Below are positions 1-14,844 of a DNA stretch of 64,000 nucleotides, piece after piece. Position 1 is the first letter of the stretch. Each line of letters opens with the position of its first letter. This DNA comes from the human T2T-CHM13v2.0 reference genome, Homo sapiens. The stretch is taken from NCBI RefSeq assembly GCF_009914755.1, contig NC_060931.1; one strand, written 5' to 3'. The position numbers were made by a program, and so were the translations under genes. The notes under the pieces were generated by a model. The model worked only from the letters and a program-made list of their open reading frames with translations, made no database searches and had not been told where the DNA came from.

Positions 1-111
1 ATCTGTTATTTTGAACCACATGGCCAGAGAACATGCTTTCAACATTGGATTGCCAGACAACATTGTAAACTGCAATGAATTTTTGTGTACATTACAGAAA
101 AAGCTTGACAA
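1..111 (+). CDS. ZNF277: ZNF277 coding exon (5' boundary at or before the window edge): SVILNHMAREHAFNIGLPDNIVNCNEFLCTLQKKLD
   Basis: Open frame from nt 2; donor AA|gtaagt at 112; phase 2 joins the next exon (AA+T = Asn). Confidence 0.93.
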
Positions 112-814
112 GTAAGTACTGATTTATGAAACACTGCCTAAAGCTGTTTTAATCTTGGACTCTGTTGTGAATATTTTTAAATTAATTTAATAGAGTAATT
201 AAAGAAGTGGGAATTTCCCATGTTGGAGGAGTTCACATTTTGTACGACAGTCCTTATTTTGTCTAGATCATATTGCCCTTTGGTGTTTTTTAAATTTTTC
301 AAATACACTATGTCATATATACCAAACAATATACATATCATACAATGTATGCCGTATAGGATATGAAGAATATACTCACTGTCTAGCCTAAGAAATAGAA
401 CATTGTTAATTCCTTTGAATCTCCCTGTGTGTCTTTCCTCATTAGTATTTCCCCAGAAACCACTATTCTTAATTTTGTAATTGTAATTCCTTTACTTTTC
501 ACTGTAACTTGTCTACATATTCAATAAGGTAAATATATTGTCAAATTATGGAATGGTGTTTAATTTTGTGTGAAACGTAGCATACTGTGTGTATTCTTCT
601 GCCTTTTGGTTTTCATTCACATTTGTATATAATACTCCATTTCCTCAAGGTCATATTCTGGCAACCATATCTGGAGCTTAGCCTGTTGAAATAAGGAAGA
701 AAATTCTTTAGGTCACCAAAATGACTTTCAAAAACGTATCCACTTTTCTTTCTAGGAAAGGGCCCAAAATTTTTTCTCTGAGAACCCAGTTTTCTTTATT
801 TAAATAAAATACTA

Positions 815-1198
<384 letters not shown>

Positions 1199-2367
1199 TT
1201 AATTATAAGAAATTTTTAACTCAAATTTTGATGTCACCACTATGTTAAATCGAGTCCCTTCACCCTTTTGTTAAACGACTACCTATAAAATAAGACCAGA
1301 TGTGCCTTCTAGCAAGATTAGCAATAATGAATATATATAATCAGCTTATCACCCATAAATTGTCAACTATAAAAGAATATACTACAAAAGAATATTATTA
1401 TGCCCTGGAATATATTCTTTGGCATAAGAAATTGATGAAAAGGTGTTTAGTAGAGATAAAAACAAATTCAAAATTGAAACAATAACAGATTGCAATCATT
1501 TGAGAGTTTCCCATGTAAAATATATTATACTTAGACACTATATGGCTCCAGAAAGTAGAACTCTCTACTTTTTACTGAGTAGCAATTATAATACATGTTG
1601 TATCAACTGTCAGGCTTAGTATGAGAAAGACATTTTGTTAATAATCTGCTCAAAACTGGTAATCACTGCTTCATTAGGTAATGAATGCCCAGTCAGTGGA
1701 AATATTTGAGCAGAAGGTATATGAGAATTATATGGTAGTAACAGCTACTATTTATCTTATTCACATACATGAATAAATACCTAGCACAGTTCATAGTGCA
1801 TAGTAAGTGCTCAATAAATATATATATATGAAATTATCATTTAAAAATCTCTAAAATGTTGGTATTATCTTCAGTTTAGAAATCAGAAAATGGCAACAGA
1901 GAAGGGAAGTAACTTAAAGTCCCACAGCTAGCTGGCACTGGAGCAAGGAATTAAACCCTGCAAATCAGCTCACAGGATATCCCAAACCATGTACTAATTA
2001 TTACATACAATGGGTGCAGTCAGTGCAAGTCATTATAATTAATTGAAGAACATACCTACATACTTATTTTAGAATAGGTAATTCAGTTAGTAAAGAACCA
2101 AAATAATTTTTGGATATTACCTATCTTTGTCACAGTCTTAACTGAATAGCAAAGTTGGTCAACTTAGCTGACTACAAAATACACCATACTATGCACTCTA
2201 CAAAGCCAAATGAATAAAGTGAGGGGGGATTCTGACAAGGATGGTATATCCCATTTGAAGATGCTGTGTAACCTAAAATGAATAAATATGAAACTCAATA
2301 ATAATAAAGGATTATTGCAGCAACTATACAAGAGACTTGTTTATCAGTGTTTGTGTATTTCTTGTAG

Positions 2368-2500
2368 TTTGCAGTGCTTGTACTGTGAGAAGACCTTCAG
2401 GGACAAAAATACACTTAAAGATCACATGAGGAAAAAACAGCATCGTAAGATTAATCCTAAGAACAGAGAATATGACAGATTTTATGTCATCAATTATTTG
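2368..2500 (+). CDS. ZNF277: ZNF277 exon with C2H2 finger: LQCLYCEKTFRDKNTLKDHMRKKQHRKINPKNREYDRFYVINYL
   Basis: Acceptor ttcttgtag, donor TTG|gtaagg; CxxC...H-x4-H finger; frame-consistent with both neighbours. Confidence 0.96.
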
Positions 2501-2800
2501 GTAAGGCTTTCTTTTCATAACTTAAAATTTGATTGCAGTACTGCAAACAAAATCTTTCTGAGGACCAACTAATATTTGAATAAGCAATTATTGCAAAAGT
2601 CAAAATGTAATTGAGGGGCACATTCAAGTAGTGATTAGCTTTGAAATGGTTAGAGTACAAGACATTTGATTTGACTTGTCTTTTATTTGACAGTGTTTAT
2701 GTAGTAAAAATGTCATGTCTCTAGAACTCACAGTCATCTTGACCAAAAAAAAAAAAAATACAGCATTTGGATATCCACATACCATCCCCCATTTATGTAA

Positions 2801-3167
<367 letters not shown>

Positions 3168-4249
3168 AGAGAGACTTCTATATATTCTATTCAAAAGAAA
3201 CTGTTGAGTACTGGATGTGTTAGGTGCTATGCAAAATAATTCTTTAAAAACAATCTCTTTGCTCTTTCCCCTTCACCCCTACAAAAGTGTGTATCTTTAT
3301 CATTCTCTTCAGTCAGCTTATTTTTAAGGGAAGTTTCAAGGAAACCAAACCATTTTACTATGGAAGGGGATTTTTATTTGTTTGGCTTGTAGGGTAGACT
3401 AACCAGGTTACCATGCCAAGCATTTTAAATGTATTGATAGCTCTCCTTTCCAAGAGGCATTCAGATGGAGACAGTGGGGGATGGGGAGAGGCATTTGGAA
3501 ATATGGGAGGGGATTTTTGATAGACAACAATGACTGGGGAACTGGGCCTGCCTTCAATCTACTGATTTTTAAAAAATATATATGACAAAGGAGGGAAACT
3601 ACTCATATAAAAGAAGAGGTTATGTAACTCTCCAGAGGAATTGGAAGAAAAACAGAGAGTTCTGTTTTGAATGGGCATTTTTCTTAAGCAAATGGAATTT
3701 TTTTCTCTCTCAATGTAAATGAATTAAAACCCAAACCCACTGGTCACAAAAGGCTAATTGAATATAATCAGCCATTTTATCTATTGGATAGAAACAAGCA
3801 TATCCTGAATTATGTTGGAAATCTCTGCTTTAGGGTGGAATTTTGTCTGTTCTAACTATTCCTTGTAGTGTTAAAATTCCCCTTGAGAAGCAAGTTTAAC
3901 ATGTGTTTGAAGATTGACTCTAAGAGGTTGCCATGGTTTTCTACAAATGTTTTACAACCAGCTAAAGGCAAACGTACCCTTTGAGCTTTTCAATCTTTTC
4001 TTGAAATCACTCAGTCATTACTTCCTAGAGCAAATGCTGCTTCAGGACCCAGCCCAGTCTAATAGGGAGTGGACTTCAGTGCTAGCTCTAAGAAATATTC
4101 AGCTACTGCATCTAGCTATAGGAGCAATTTAATAGTTCTTCCTTCTGGGGCTCTTTTAAAACTAATATTCAAGATCTTGAGACTAGCAGAACATTATATA
4201 GCTGGAGGTTTTCACCTTTTAGAGGAGACTTCAAGGGATTTGCTCACTC

Positions 4250-7200
4250 TTATTCTGCCAGCACTTTTAGAAAAGTATGATACTTCATTTCCTGGGCATC
4301 AAGTAGGGTAGCTGTCAAAACTGAAATCATCTGCCAGGGCCAGCCATCTCTGGATGAGCATGGCAGATTGTGCTGCTCATACAGGGCACGGATTTGATGT
4401 GGCGTGGACTACACATTAAGAGAAGTGTTTCAAAAGAAAGTAAGGGCTTTAACAACGTACAAAATGAAAATTAAATTACAACTTTAGAGTCATATTGATA
4501 GAAGTCTTTTTTTTAGCTAGCAGCTATTTGAGTACTTATAATCTGCAGGCACTATCCTAGGTATTTATATTAAATTGTTTAATTTAAGTCACAATTTTGT
4601 GACACAGGTATTGTCATTAAGCCTCTTATAGGTAAGGGGACTGGGGCACAGAGAGGCTAATTTTCCAAAGGTCACATGGCTAGGGCAAGTTACTTATCCT
4701 GTGCATCAGTTTCCTTCATTTTTACAATTGAGACAAGACTAATACCTACATCTTATGCTTTGGGTTGGGTATTTTGGCCAAGTAATGGTGATGAGTTCAT
4801 AATGATCTATTCTCCCACCCTTGCCTATTCTCTTTTATAATAAACTAAAAAGTGAGCCAAGGTCAAAGTAAAGCTGACTTTAATCAGCACTTTAAGGCTC
4901 TGCTCCACAATCTTCATCTTCCTAGCCCGTTTCCACTTCCTATTCCTATTCCCTATTTTCTATTCCCTATTCCTATGCGAAATTCCTGCTGAGGTAAGTA
5001 ACCAAAAACTGTAAGAATGATTAACAAAAAACGAAAACCTAAAATGTGTTGATGCCTTAGCATTATGGAAATGATGTAAACACCTTTGAAAAGGAGTGAA
5101 GAAGCCTATTGGCTTCACTAAAGATATACACAGGCACTAAACTAGAGGGGTGCTTACCAGAGGTATCAGGCTTAGTAACATTCTAGGAATATTTGAAGGA
5201 ATACTGTTATATATTTAAAGTATAATATTATATAGAACAAGTGTATAAAAAACTGTCCCAAATACTAACAGAGTATAGGTAGAGAAAAATAAAGGCCAGT
5301 GTCTTCTCAGTATCATGTTAGTATTATTTCAGACCTCATTAAAGAATAATATTTAACGTGAAGAACATGAGTAATAAATCAATATGAAGAATAAATTCTA
5401 AAATTTTAAACAATGAATAATGACAATACTTTATTTAAAAAAAAAAAAGATAGATATTCCCTTGTTATCCCTCTGAGGGAAAAGGCTGACATGAGTGCAT
5501 GAGTGTGGGCAAAAGATAGAATTGTTATATTAGTAGTGGGTTTATACATCTATTTTATTGACATCATACATTCTGCATACATTTGAGTGCCTTCCAGGTA
5601 CCAGATGCTAGAAGAGAAAGAAAAAATATTGTAGATAGAAAGGCTGATTTGAGTCACTACTTTCAAAGAGTTCAGAAGTCAGTATGGAAAACCACCATGT
5701 AAGCACGTTAGTTTGAACCCTTTGTAATGGTATATGGAAAGTCAGCGTTCGACCTCTCCTATAGCAGATATATGCAGTCATTGAGTCATTCACACACAGA
5801 GCTCCTCACCTCCACTTCAAACGCCATAGACTCTGCCAGCGCAACAATGATGGGAACATCCAGGGTATCCGTAGCAAGATACACTCTAATAGGCAGCAGA
5901 AGTAGGAGAGCAAATGGACAGAGAGGCTGCATTTGGCTTTCTGAGCTCAGCAAATTGACAAGTTCCATTTTCCTTCTTAGGTGAGATAATTTCTGTGCTG
6001 AATCATTCATATCAGTTTCTGAATAGTAACAGACTTGCAAAAACATTAAAAGTCTTTTGCATAGTCTGAATTATCTACATCAAATTCTTGCTTTGTTTTC
6101 TCACAAACAAAAGAGTTCAACAGGTAGTGAGGATGGGTTGGGGATAAGGTGCCAGTTAGTTTCACATTCAGATAACCCTTCCTCAGAGGGCAACAGACTG
6201 TTTAACATCGAGGCTTCAGCTACATATTCCTACGATGCTCATGTTTCAAACCCTGAGTTTTTCTAAAGGGAATTGGTTTTGCTATGATTTTTATCATTCT
6301 TTGATTTAAATTTTTTTATTCTTAAAGTATACAAAGCCACTTATAACAAAAGTAAGCTTTTAACTGATTTTTCATAGTTTTTTATAGTTTTCTCTAGTGA
6401 AGTTATTTACACTTAAAACACTTCTCTTTCTGTTTCTGGTGGAGTTTTGTGTAAGCACATGTAAGTGTGTATGTATTAGGGCAGAAGTGTGATGGGTGAA
6501 GGGGATCTTTTTTTTCCATGTTTTTTTCCACCCTCTCATTATTCATGAGCCATCTGATGCAGGGGTTTGAGGGGGTGTCTGAACATCTTTAGTGATATGC
6601 CTTCCAAACTTTGTTTTTCTTACATTCTTTGCTTTCCTGACATGATTCATTAGCAGGCACAGTGTCTTAATTAGAGAGTTATGTGCTTTTTTTTTTTTTT
6701 TTGCTTTGGGTCTTGTTTCTATAATAAATCATATCTTTAACTGTACCAAATCAGAGCACTCTAGGAAACTGGGCCACTTTCACGTGCAAATTGCTTATTT
6801 CCTAATATACTGATAAACATGTACATTCATTTTCCTCTCAAGTGGGGTAAGTGGTTAATGCTGTGTGGCCTAGATAACTCTCTACATATTGTACTCAACA
6901 CTGAGGAAGTTGCAAAATAATGCTTTGAGTTTAGAAGTTTAACAGTGAAAGATATTTTTTGTACTTTTGGCTCAAAATATTCATTGACAAGCAACATTTG
7001 CCCTTATCATTCAGAATGATCAAATCACAGAAGGCCCATACTTTAGTAATACCTTGCAGCAATAAAACCATGACCTTAAGTCCAAGTACAGAAAAACCAA
7101 GTAAGGCATGAAAGATTTAATTCATTACCAAACTTTCTAACAAGCATCTTGTTGGCAGTGTTGAGGCCATTTTTGGTGTTCTGTAATGAGATTCAGACAC

Positions 7201-9824
7201 TTCATGATGACTCTGGGAAGTACATTATAGAGTCCAAATTAACCATCTCTAATGACATTATGATAGATCTCTGTATATCTAAATGTATGCATCATTTAGC
7301 TGATAATGACAGCTTCAAAACCTCTCATTAAGTTGATGAATAATGGATTTTCTTTCTCCCTCTAAATCATAATGGCACTCATAGTTCTTTGTTTTTAGCT
7401 AGATGAATACCTTTATTTGGGGGAAAAAGAGTCCATAATTGAGTGAATTTTGGTTTTGTTTTTCCAAAAGGATATTGAACAACAAAGCTATCCATGCTTG
7501 TAGCAGGTCAGGTGGGCCTGATCCTAACCATAGTTTAGCTGCTTGAAAACATATCCATTAATGTTCCTACCTCTCTCTTTGTGACATTGTCTGCTTTTGC
7601 ATGGCACAATGGGAAGATTGGATAGAAAGAAGACAGGGCAAGAAGAGAGGAAGAAACGGCCCAAGGGGAACAAAAGAATTGGGCCAAAATAAATCATTCC
7701 TACTCATCACTCCATAAAGTTTTGCTAACGCTGTGACTAGGCTTGCCAGACATAGCGCCAAAAGAGTGGAACTTTTCCACTGATGGCAAAGGATAAAAGG
7801 GATTTGAGTAGGTACTAGAGCACCTACTCATGCCTAGTACTATTTCTTTATAGACAGTAACTCATTCATTTAATCACCTTAAAAAAACCTTTTGAGGTAG
7901 AATCTAAATTGACCTCAAGTGTATTTTTTTATTTTTTATTTCTAACAAATTGAATTCTACTTTCTAATTCAACTCAAAAAATAGTTTATAGTAATAGTAC
8001 CCACTGTATGCCAGGCTCTGGAAATGTAACAATGAACAAAGGCCATTAGAATCCCAGATATTCTAATACTCATTCAGGGTTTAGAAACACTGGTTCAAAT
8101 TTAAGAGAAAAGAACTTGACTGAAAGGATATTGCTGCTTCTCTAAAAAATTATCTCATTAAGGTTTCAACTTCATATTGCTTTTGCACTGTCATTAAGTC
8201 AAAAAAAAGTGTTGAATCAAACCATCATAAGTTGGGCCATCTGTATATCCTACTTGTACTGTTTCAAAACCATTTAAACATGGGTGGTTTTGTTTATTTT
8301 TTTGGTTTTGATTTTTTTCAAAGTTCTACATACTCTCTCCCTTCTCTTTCCCCCAATGTCTCTCATCCCTCTGTTCTTCCTACAAAGGAACTTGGAAAAT
8401 CGTGGGAAGAAGTTCAGTTGGAAGATGATCGGGAGTTGCTGGACCATCAGGAAGAGTAAGAGTTGTTATTGCTGCTAATTAATTGCAGTGTTCCAAGAGT
8501 AAGAAGACAATGCTTTAGTTTGGTTTAAATTATGAAGCGGGAACATAAGAAGAAAAAAATACCTTCTCTGAGCCATGCATCCCTTCATGTAATGTGGCAA
8601 AAACTTGAATTCAAAATAACTTTGACATAAAAATTCCTAAAGACACTGTTATTCCAACTAAATTAAAGCTATTGATTGAACACACAAGTAATATATAATT
8701 CAGAGAAAAATACATTCCGAAGTGCTTTGCCTGCTCAGTTAGTGCTCAGACCTTGAAGTGATGTGATCTTTGAACTCTCCATGTTGCTGTCATTGGAATA
8801 GAGAATATAACTGCATTGAAGTTAATCCTGTTCTGTGTTCGGGCCATTGATGACTAACTTTAAACATTCACAGCTTCTTTGCTTGAAATTATAAGCTTGA
8901 GAAATGTTCTTTTCAACCTAAAAGGATTTCTTATTTTTCATCTTCTTTTCAGTCAAAGCTTTTTGGCCTTTTTTCTCTCTCAGGATTTTAAATTATTATT
9001 ATTTTAATAGTGAGGTAAAGCCCAAAGGTAGAGAGCTGCCATTTGCTGAATTTTCTTGATGCATAGAGATTCAGGCAGAGAGTCTTCCAGACTGAAATAA
9101 AAACATCTTTCCCATTAAGACATACTAGTTGGAATATTTAATCAGTGAATGTTAAAGTTTTAATGACACAAAAGGTTATAAATAGTAAGTCATGACCTGG
9201 GCCGGGACTGGTGGCTCCCTCCTGGATGGATAGAGTTAAGGAAAATGTTTCCTGTTTTCTAATAGGGAAGCTTCTGTGTGAATTGGGTTAGGTTGATCTT
9301 GAGAGTCTTATCAGTGATCATTTCTGAGCTTGCCATGAAAAATTCTCTCATCTGAATTTGAATGGGTGTTCCTTGTCTCCACAACTCTTCCCTCCTGGCA
9401 GTTTTCCTGGTTTGGGAATGATAAGAAGTTGGTAGTATTTCAAAAAGGGAAATGCCAAGGAGCGGGGAAAGTGGTAAAAGGGATCCTGTATCCTTTTTGA
9501 GTTCCCTGTCTACCGCCAGATTTAACACTTGCCCAGTTTAAAATAATCAGTATTTCCCTCGTGAAAGAGACACGGTTTGCCTTTGTAAAATACACTATTT
9601 GTCATGCAGAAACACATTCCCGGCATCACACCTCACAGCGTGTGCACTCAGTGGTTGTGGTTAATGGGAGAGAGCATCACATTTTCTGATATGTCTCCTT
9701 TGCAAATTAAACCTCATTGTCTCAGGACGACATTCCTCTGACTGTAGACTGAGATAGCTACTCAGAAGAACGGCAAATAGGAGAAAATGGAACAGCACCT
9801 GTTCACTATGTATATTAATTTCAT
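4250..9824 (-). pseudogene. Candidate decayed multi-exon gene for a secreted Cys-rich protein, antisense within ZNF277 introns (exons about 9824-9197, 8853-8752, 7617-7571, 7180-7129, 5885-5810, 4408-4250)
   Basis: Kozak-like gcagcaccATG, then hydrophobic VLFHFLLFAVLLSSYLSL after a 2-nt shift; minus-strand acceptor/donor pairs (one acceptor AG>AA); Cys-rich fragments with stops and frameshifts. Confidence 0.55.
8388..8455 (+). CDS. ZNF277: ZNF277 exon: ELGKSWEEVQLEDDRELLDHQE
   Basis: Long pyrimidine tract + aag acceptor; GA|gtaaga donor; phase 0 to 2. Confidence 0.95.
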
Positions 9825-10013
9825 GGTGCTGCTTTGAATTTCAAAAGCTATATCAGAGAGTCATAATATGATGTGACAGTCTTTACCAAAATGTCAGAGT
9901 TGAAAGAGATTGGCAGGGTTTTTTAGTAAGGAGAAAGCAATACCAAGTCACTGTGTAGTATACTCTCTTAATGAAGGGAATCTCCGTATTTTCTCTCCTC
10001 TTTTTTAATTCAG

Positions 10014-10110
10014 TGACTGGTCTGATTGGGAAGAACACCCTGCCTCTGCAGTCTGCTTATTTTGTGAAAAGCAAGCAGAAACAATTGAGAAGTTGTATGT
10101 CCACATGGAG
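10014..10110 (+). CDS. ZNF277: ZNF277 exon: DWSDWEEHPASAVCLFCEKQAETIEKLYVHME
   Basis: ttcag acceptor; GAG|gtaaga donor; CxxC finger start; phase 2 to 0. Confidence 0.95.
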
Positions 10111-11593
10111 GTAAGATACCTGTATTTATTTGAATTTTGTTTTATTCTGACAGGGGAAAGCTAGTAATTGTTGCACCCTCATCTGCTTTTACTTCAGTTT
10201 CCCAATCATTATTCCAACCAGAAGAGACAGGCCAGGTCTGTCAGGGAGAACCAGAGCTCAGGGCAATTTAGTTAGTACAGTTGACTGGACCCGAGTGAGC
10301 TGTTTGTTAGTGTGAGATTTCTCAGACCACTGATGCCATCTCACCTTTGAGATGCTTACAAGATCATTCTAGCTCAGCAGGTGGGACAGGTTCTGAGTCT
10401 TTTTTCCAGTGCTTCTTGTGCTGGTGAATAGGAGAGCAAGAAGGGAGAACATTGCCATTTACAAAGGTCCCGGAGGAATAGGGAAAAAGGAGGGTGGGTA
10501 GAGAGGAGCTAGGGCATGATCCTACAGTTCCTTCAGGTGCCAGGATTTAGAGAGAAGAAACTAGGGAGCATTCCTAGTGTGGGCTTTCCCTTCTGGATGC
10601 CATTTTTATGTTATAGTGAAGCTTGGAGCTAGCAGTTCTAAACCTTTTTCACCCCAGTATACCTGAGAGAGGACACACACCCTGCACCTCTGATCCTTAG
10701 CTGCACAAGGCGGATAGGGAAGGGGAACATGTAATGATTCATGATAGTATCACAGCTTGTGGGCAGAGGGGTGATTATAATAGAAAAATATTACTGGATG
10801 ATTCTGATATCTCTCCGTCCCCTCCCTGCAGCCACCTCTGCCAATAGTGGACCATATTCTCTACTTTCACCCACTTTCACCTCACCCTTATTCAGAAATA
10901 CTGTTCTTAGTTTAGTAAAATAAGGGCCTAGAAAGCGCTCAAAAGACCATAAACATTTTCCTTGATTTTAGTTTCTCTGAAAAAGGTTCCCACTAGTATG
11001 TGTGTATAATTTCCTGTGTTTAGATTTAATTCATAATATCTTAATGTCTTTGTATTGAAGGCAGCCTTAGTATGCCTATCCTGTGTAAGGATTACCTTTT
11101 CGGCATCCTTGACAGGTGTCCTTAACCTCTGCTGGGTCACTTTCAGTGATAACATCACGAATTCCTAATCATCCTTCATATGGTGCTACACTAAATGCCA
11201 TCCCAGTGAGTTAAATGGTCTTTATCATCTGTGAGATTGTAGGTTAAAACATTTACACAGACAATTGCAGGTGTCAAACAAACACGCAAAAAATAAGTGC
11301 ATTGTAAAAATCAAAAGAAAGCGTGATTTATAGGAAGGTGTGAGTGAAGAGAAGCTTTGAGGTTTAAACAGTGTATTTGACAGCATAAAATGAAAAGCAG
11401 AATTTGTAAAAATTACCTATGTGGGGCAAAGAACCTATATCCATAATTCTAGTCCAAATGCACAGTACAATAGAAACATATCTTACCTACACTTTTATCA
11501 CACTGCAGAATGCATACATAGACTTCTACATTTTTAGAAGGCTACAAAATGGATAACATTGTAAATTATAAAAACTATAGATATAAGCTATGA

Positions 11594-11924
<331 letters not shown>

Positions 11925-12126
11925 TGACATGACTTGTTTGGACTATGCTGTAAAAAAGTTGGGTATGGAGGGAAGTAGTTAGACTTGGAAGACTTCAAAA
12001 GCAGAAGATACCGAACTCAGACTGAGTTTCTAAACTACTCAAACTCCTGTGAATAAGTTGTTTATAACTTCAGCCTGAAAGATTAAATAATTCATATGCT
12101 TACAGATGTATTCATTCCTTTTTTAG

Positions 12127-12169
12127 GATGCACACGAATTTGATCTTCTCAAAATAAAGTCAGAACTTG
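12127..12169 (+). CDS. ZNF277: ZNF277 exon: DAHEFDLLKIKSEL
   Basis: ttttttag acceptor; G|gtaagt donor; completes the finger His; phase 0 to 1. Confidence 0.94.
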
Positions 12170-13155
12170 GTAAGTTTGATTCAGAGGTTTTTTTCTGTGA
12201 TGCTTCATTTTTTATAAACCATCCTGTAAGCTATGCCTATGTTCAGTAGCTATGATTGGAGAGTGCACCACCAAAACATGTCTCTCTATAGATGGTCTTG
12301 ACAGAACTCTCTGTGAAGCAGTGATGCTCAACCATAATAGTCAAATATGGTTTTTGGTTTCATATACTCCTTCTTTCTCTTTCCTACATATATGAGTGCT
12401 TCAAGTGAAATATAAGTTAGTGGTTAATAATATATCATAAATTGGAGGGGGCTAGTGGAATATGGATTTTTAAGTCAAACTAGAGTTCAGATTCCAGCTC
12501 TGGCACTTACTGGCTATGACATTGGGCCTCAGGTCAGAAAAATGTTATGAGGAGTGAATAATGTATGGTAAATGGCTACTGCACTGCTTAGCAGTATAGC
12601 TAGGATTGTTTGTTATAGGTGTACCCAATGTATCATTCTAAGTATCACAACAATAGAACGATTTGGGGCATTAAGACATACGTAAAGTACTGACTTGCTA
12701 ATAGATCTAAGACAGTAAAAAACTTACTTCTCACAGCTCAGCTCAGTCACTGCTTTCCTAGGTCCTTGGATGTGTTACTTTGCTGCTTTTATAGACATAT
12801 ATATACATTGTTTATATAATTAGCTTAGTAGTCAAGCATGGGCTTTGCAGCTGACAGCTATCTATGCGATGCTAGGCAGTTTCCTAATATGTAATGTAGG
12901 TATGATACTACCTATCTGATAGGGTTTTATGAAGATTAAATGTATTAATACATGGAAAATTATTAGAATAGTGCCTAGCTCATAAGCCCTGTGTAAATAT
13001 GTGCTGTTATTATTTGGTATCTATTATTATGCTTTATAATTGTACTGCCTCTTCAGGTTGATTAATAAAAATAAGTGGCTCCTTTAAGAAATTATAATAG
13101 TGCAAAAAATGGGTCTGAACAGTTGTCTAATGATTCTGTATTTTGTCATTTTCAG

Positions 13156-13330
13156 GATTAAATTTCTATCAGCAAGTGAAACTGGTCAATTTTATTCGGA
13201 GGCAAGTTCACCAATGCAGATGTTATGGCTGCCATGTGAAGTTCAAATCCAAAGCAGACTTAAGAACTCACATGGAAGAAACTAAACACACTTCGCTGCT
13301 CCCCGATAGAAAGACGTGGGATCAACTGGA
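13156..13330 (+). CDS. ZNF277: ZNF277 exon: LNFYQQVKLVNFIRRQVHQCRCYGCHVKFKSKADLRTHMEETKHTSLLPDRKTWDQL
   Basis: ttttcag acceptor; GA|gtacgt donor; C2H2 finger; phase 1 to 2. Confidence 0.95.
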
Positions 13331-14844
13331 GTACGTACTGCAAAACCAAATGTGCACTTCTTACTCCAACTCTTTGATTTTGTCCCTTTATTTAATTTCT
13401 TTAAGCCTACAGAAAAAAAAGGAATACATATTTATTATAAAAAGTATACATCAGTACAGTGTGGGGAAAAATGTAAAAATATTCAAAATGCTTATTTTTA
13501 AAATAATCCCCCTCTTACAAATGAAACCAAGTATTTTTCAGTATTTGTGATATGGAGATAGATACATATGTAGAGAGATGAAGTAGATACAGATTTTTTA
13601 AATTATATTTTATTAACAAAATATTGTAAATATCTTTCAATAGCCAGTATCCATCTGTTGCATCCTTTCTAATGGTTGCTAAATATCCATTGTATGGATA
13701 TAATCTATTCTGCGAGATACTTAGGTTGTTTCTTACTTTTTGCTATTATAATGATACAGTGAATCTATATGCCTACATTTTAGCACACTTATCTAATTAT
13801 TTAATTAAGCTGAACTCCTAGAAATAAAATTACTATGTCAGAGTTTGCACACTGCTAGGACTTTTTGTATATATTTTGTATATTGGCACTTGAAAAAATT
13901 AAGCAGTTGGTCATCTGTTGTTGGATTCCCATGTATCCTTTGCCAGAACTTTGTGGACTGGTTCCCAAGTATCCTTTGCCAAGAACCTTCTGGACTGGTT
14001 CTCACATCGTTCTGGATAACCTCAGTCGAGGGCTCCTCTGAGAGACTGTGGGGTTCTAGCTGCCCAGAGCTCCTTCTGTTCTTAGGGAATGTTAAGTCAG
14101 TTCCCCCAGAACTTTAACCAGAAAGTTCTAGTTTTTCTCCTTCAGAAAATCCCACACTTGTGAGGGTACCCTGTTTTTATGATCCTTCTTATATAAATTA
14201 AAATTTGTAATATTCCAAAAGTAACTTCAAAATGTATTCAGAGAAGGAACCAGAATAACAAACTTTATATTCCGTAAGTGTTTCCTTTTGTGATTACCTA
14301 GAAAGAAGGAACTATTAGGCTGGAAAACAAAACACAAGGAAGAGCTTATTATTCTCAATTATTTGAATAATTTGTGTTTGAAAAATTAACTATATTTGAA
14401 GTTTGTTAACTTATAAGGAAGAACTAGGACCTTTGAGTAGAAATGAGAAAGATGTCATTTTTAGCTTCACAGGAGGTGTATCAAACAACTAGATCTACCC
14501 ACTACTGGGGTCAGCTACCTTCGAAGATAGTGTGTTTTGTTATCATGATAGATGATCAAGCAGAGGCTAAGTGGCCAGCGGACAACTCCAGAGGCAACTC
14601 TGGAGGGTGGGAGGTCCACGATCTTGGTTTACCAAATCTGGATAGTAGATTTGGTAAGGTTGATGTCAGCCAGTAAAAGTCAAAGTGAAAGCAATCAGAA
14701 GTTGTCTCCAGTATAGCCTTTGCAAAATGCTATGAAATTGTTGGCAAGGATACCTGACAAAATTATAGTAAATGTGTACATTCAGCTACCTGGACACTGT
14801 ATTAGCTTGGTAATTTAATACTATGTATCTGTGGTTGTTTTCAG

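Noticed and set aside
5810-5885. VYLATD resembling a fucosyltransferase motif (as in FUT8)
   Set aside because: Six-residue match in one of three possible frames, with no other glycosyltransferase motifs. The Cys-rich frame fits the neighbouring exons better.
13331-13550. Extension of ORF 13143..13550 beyond the exon
   Set aside because: Read-through into AT-rich intron after the gtacgt donor. The true C-terminus is in exon 14845-15013.
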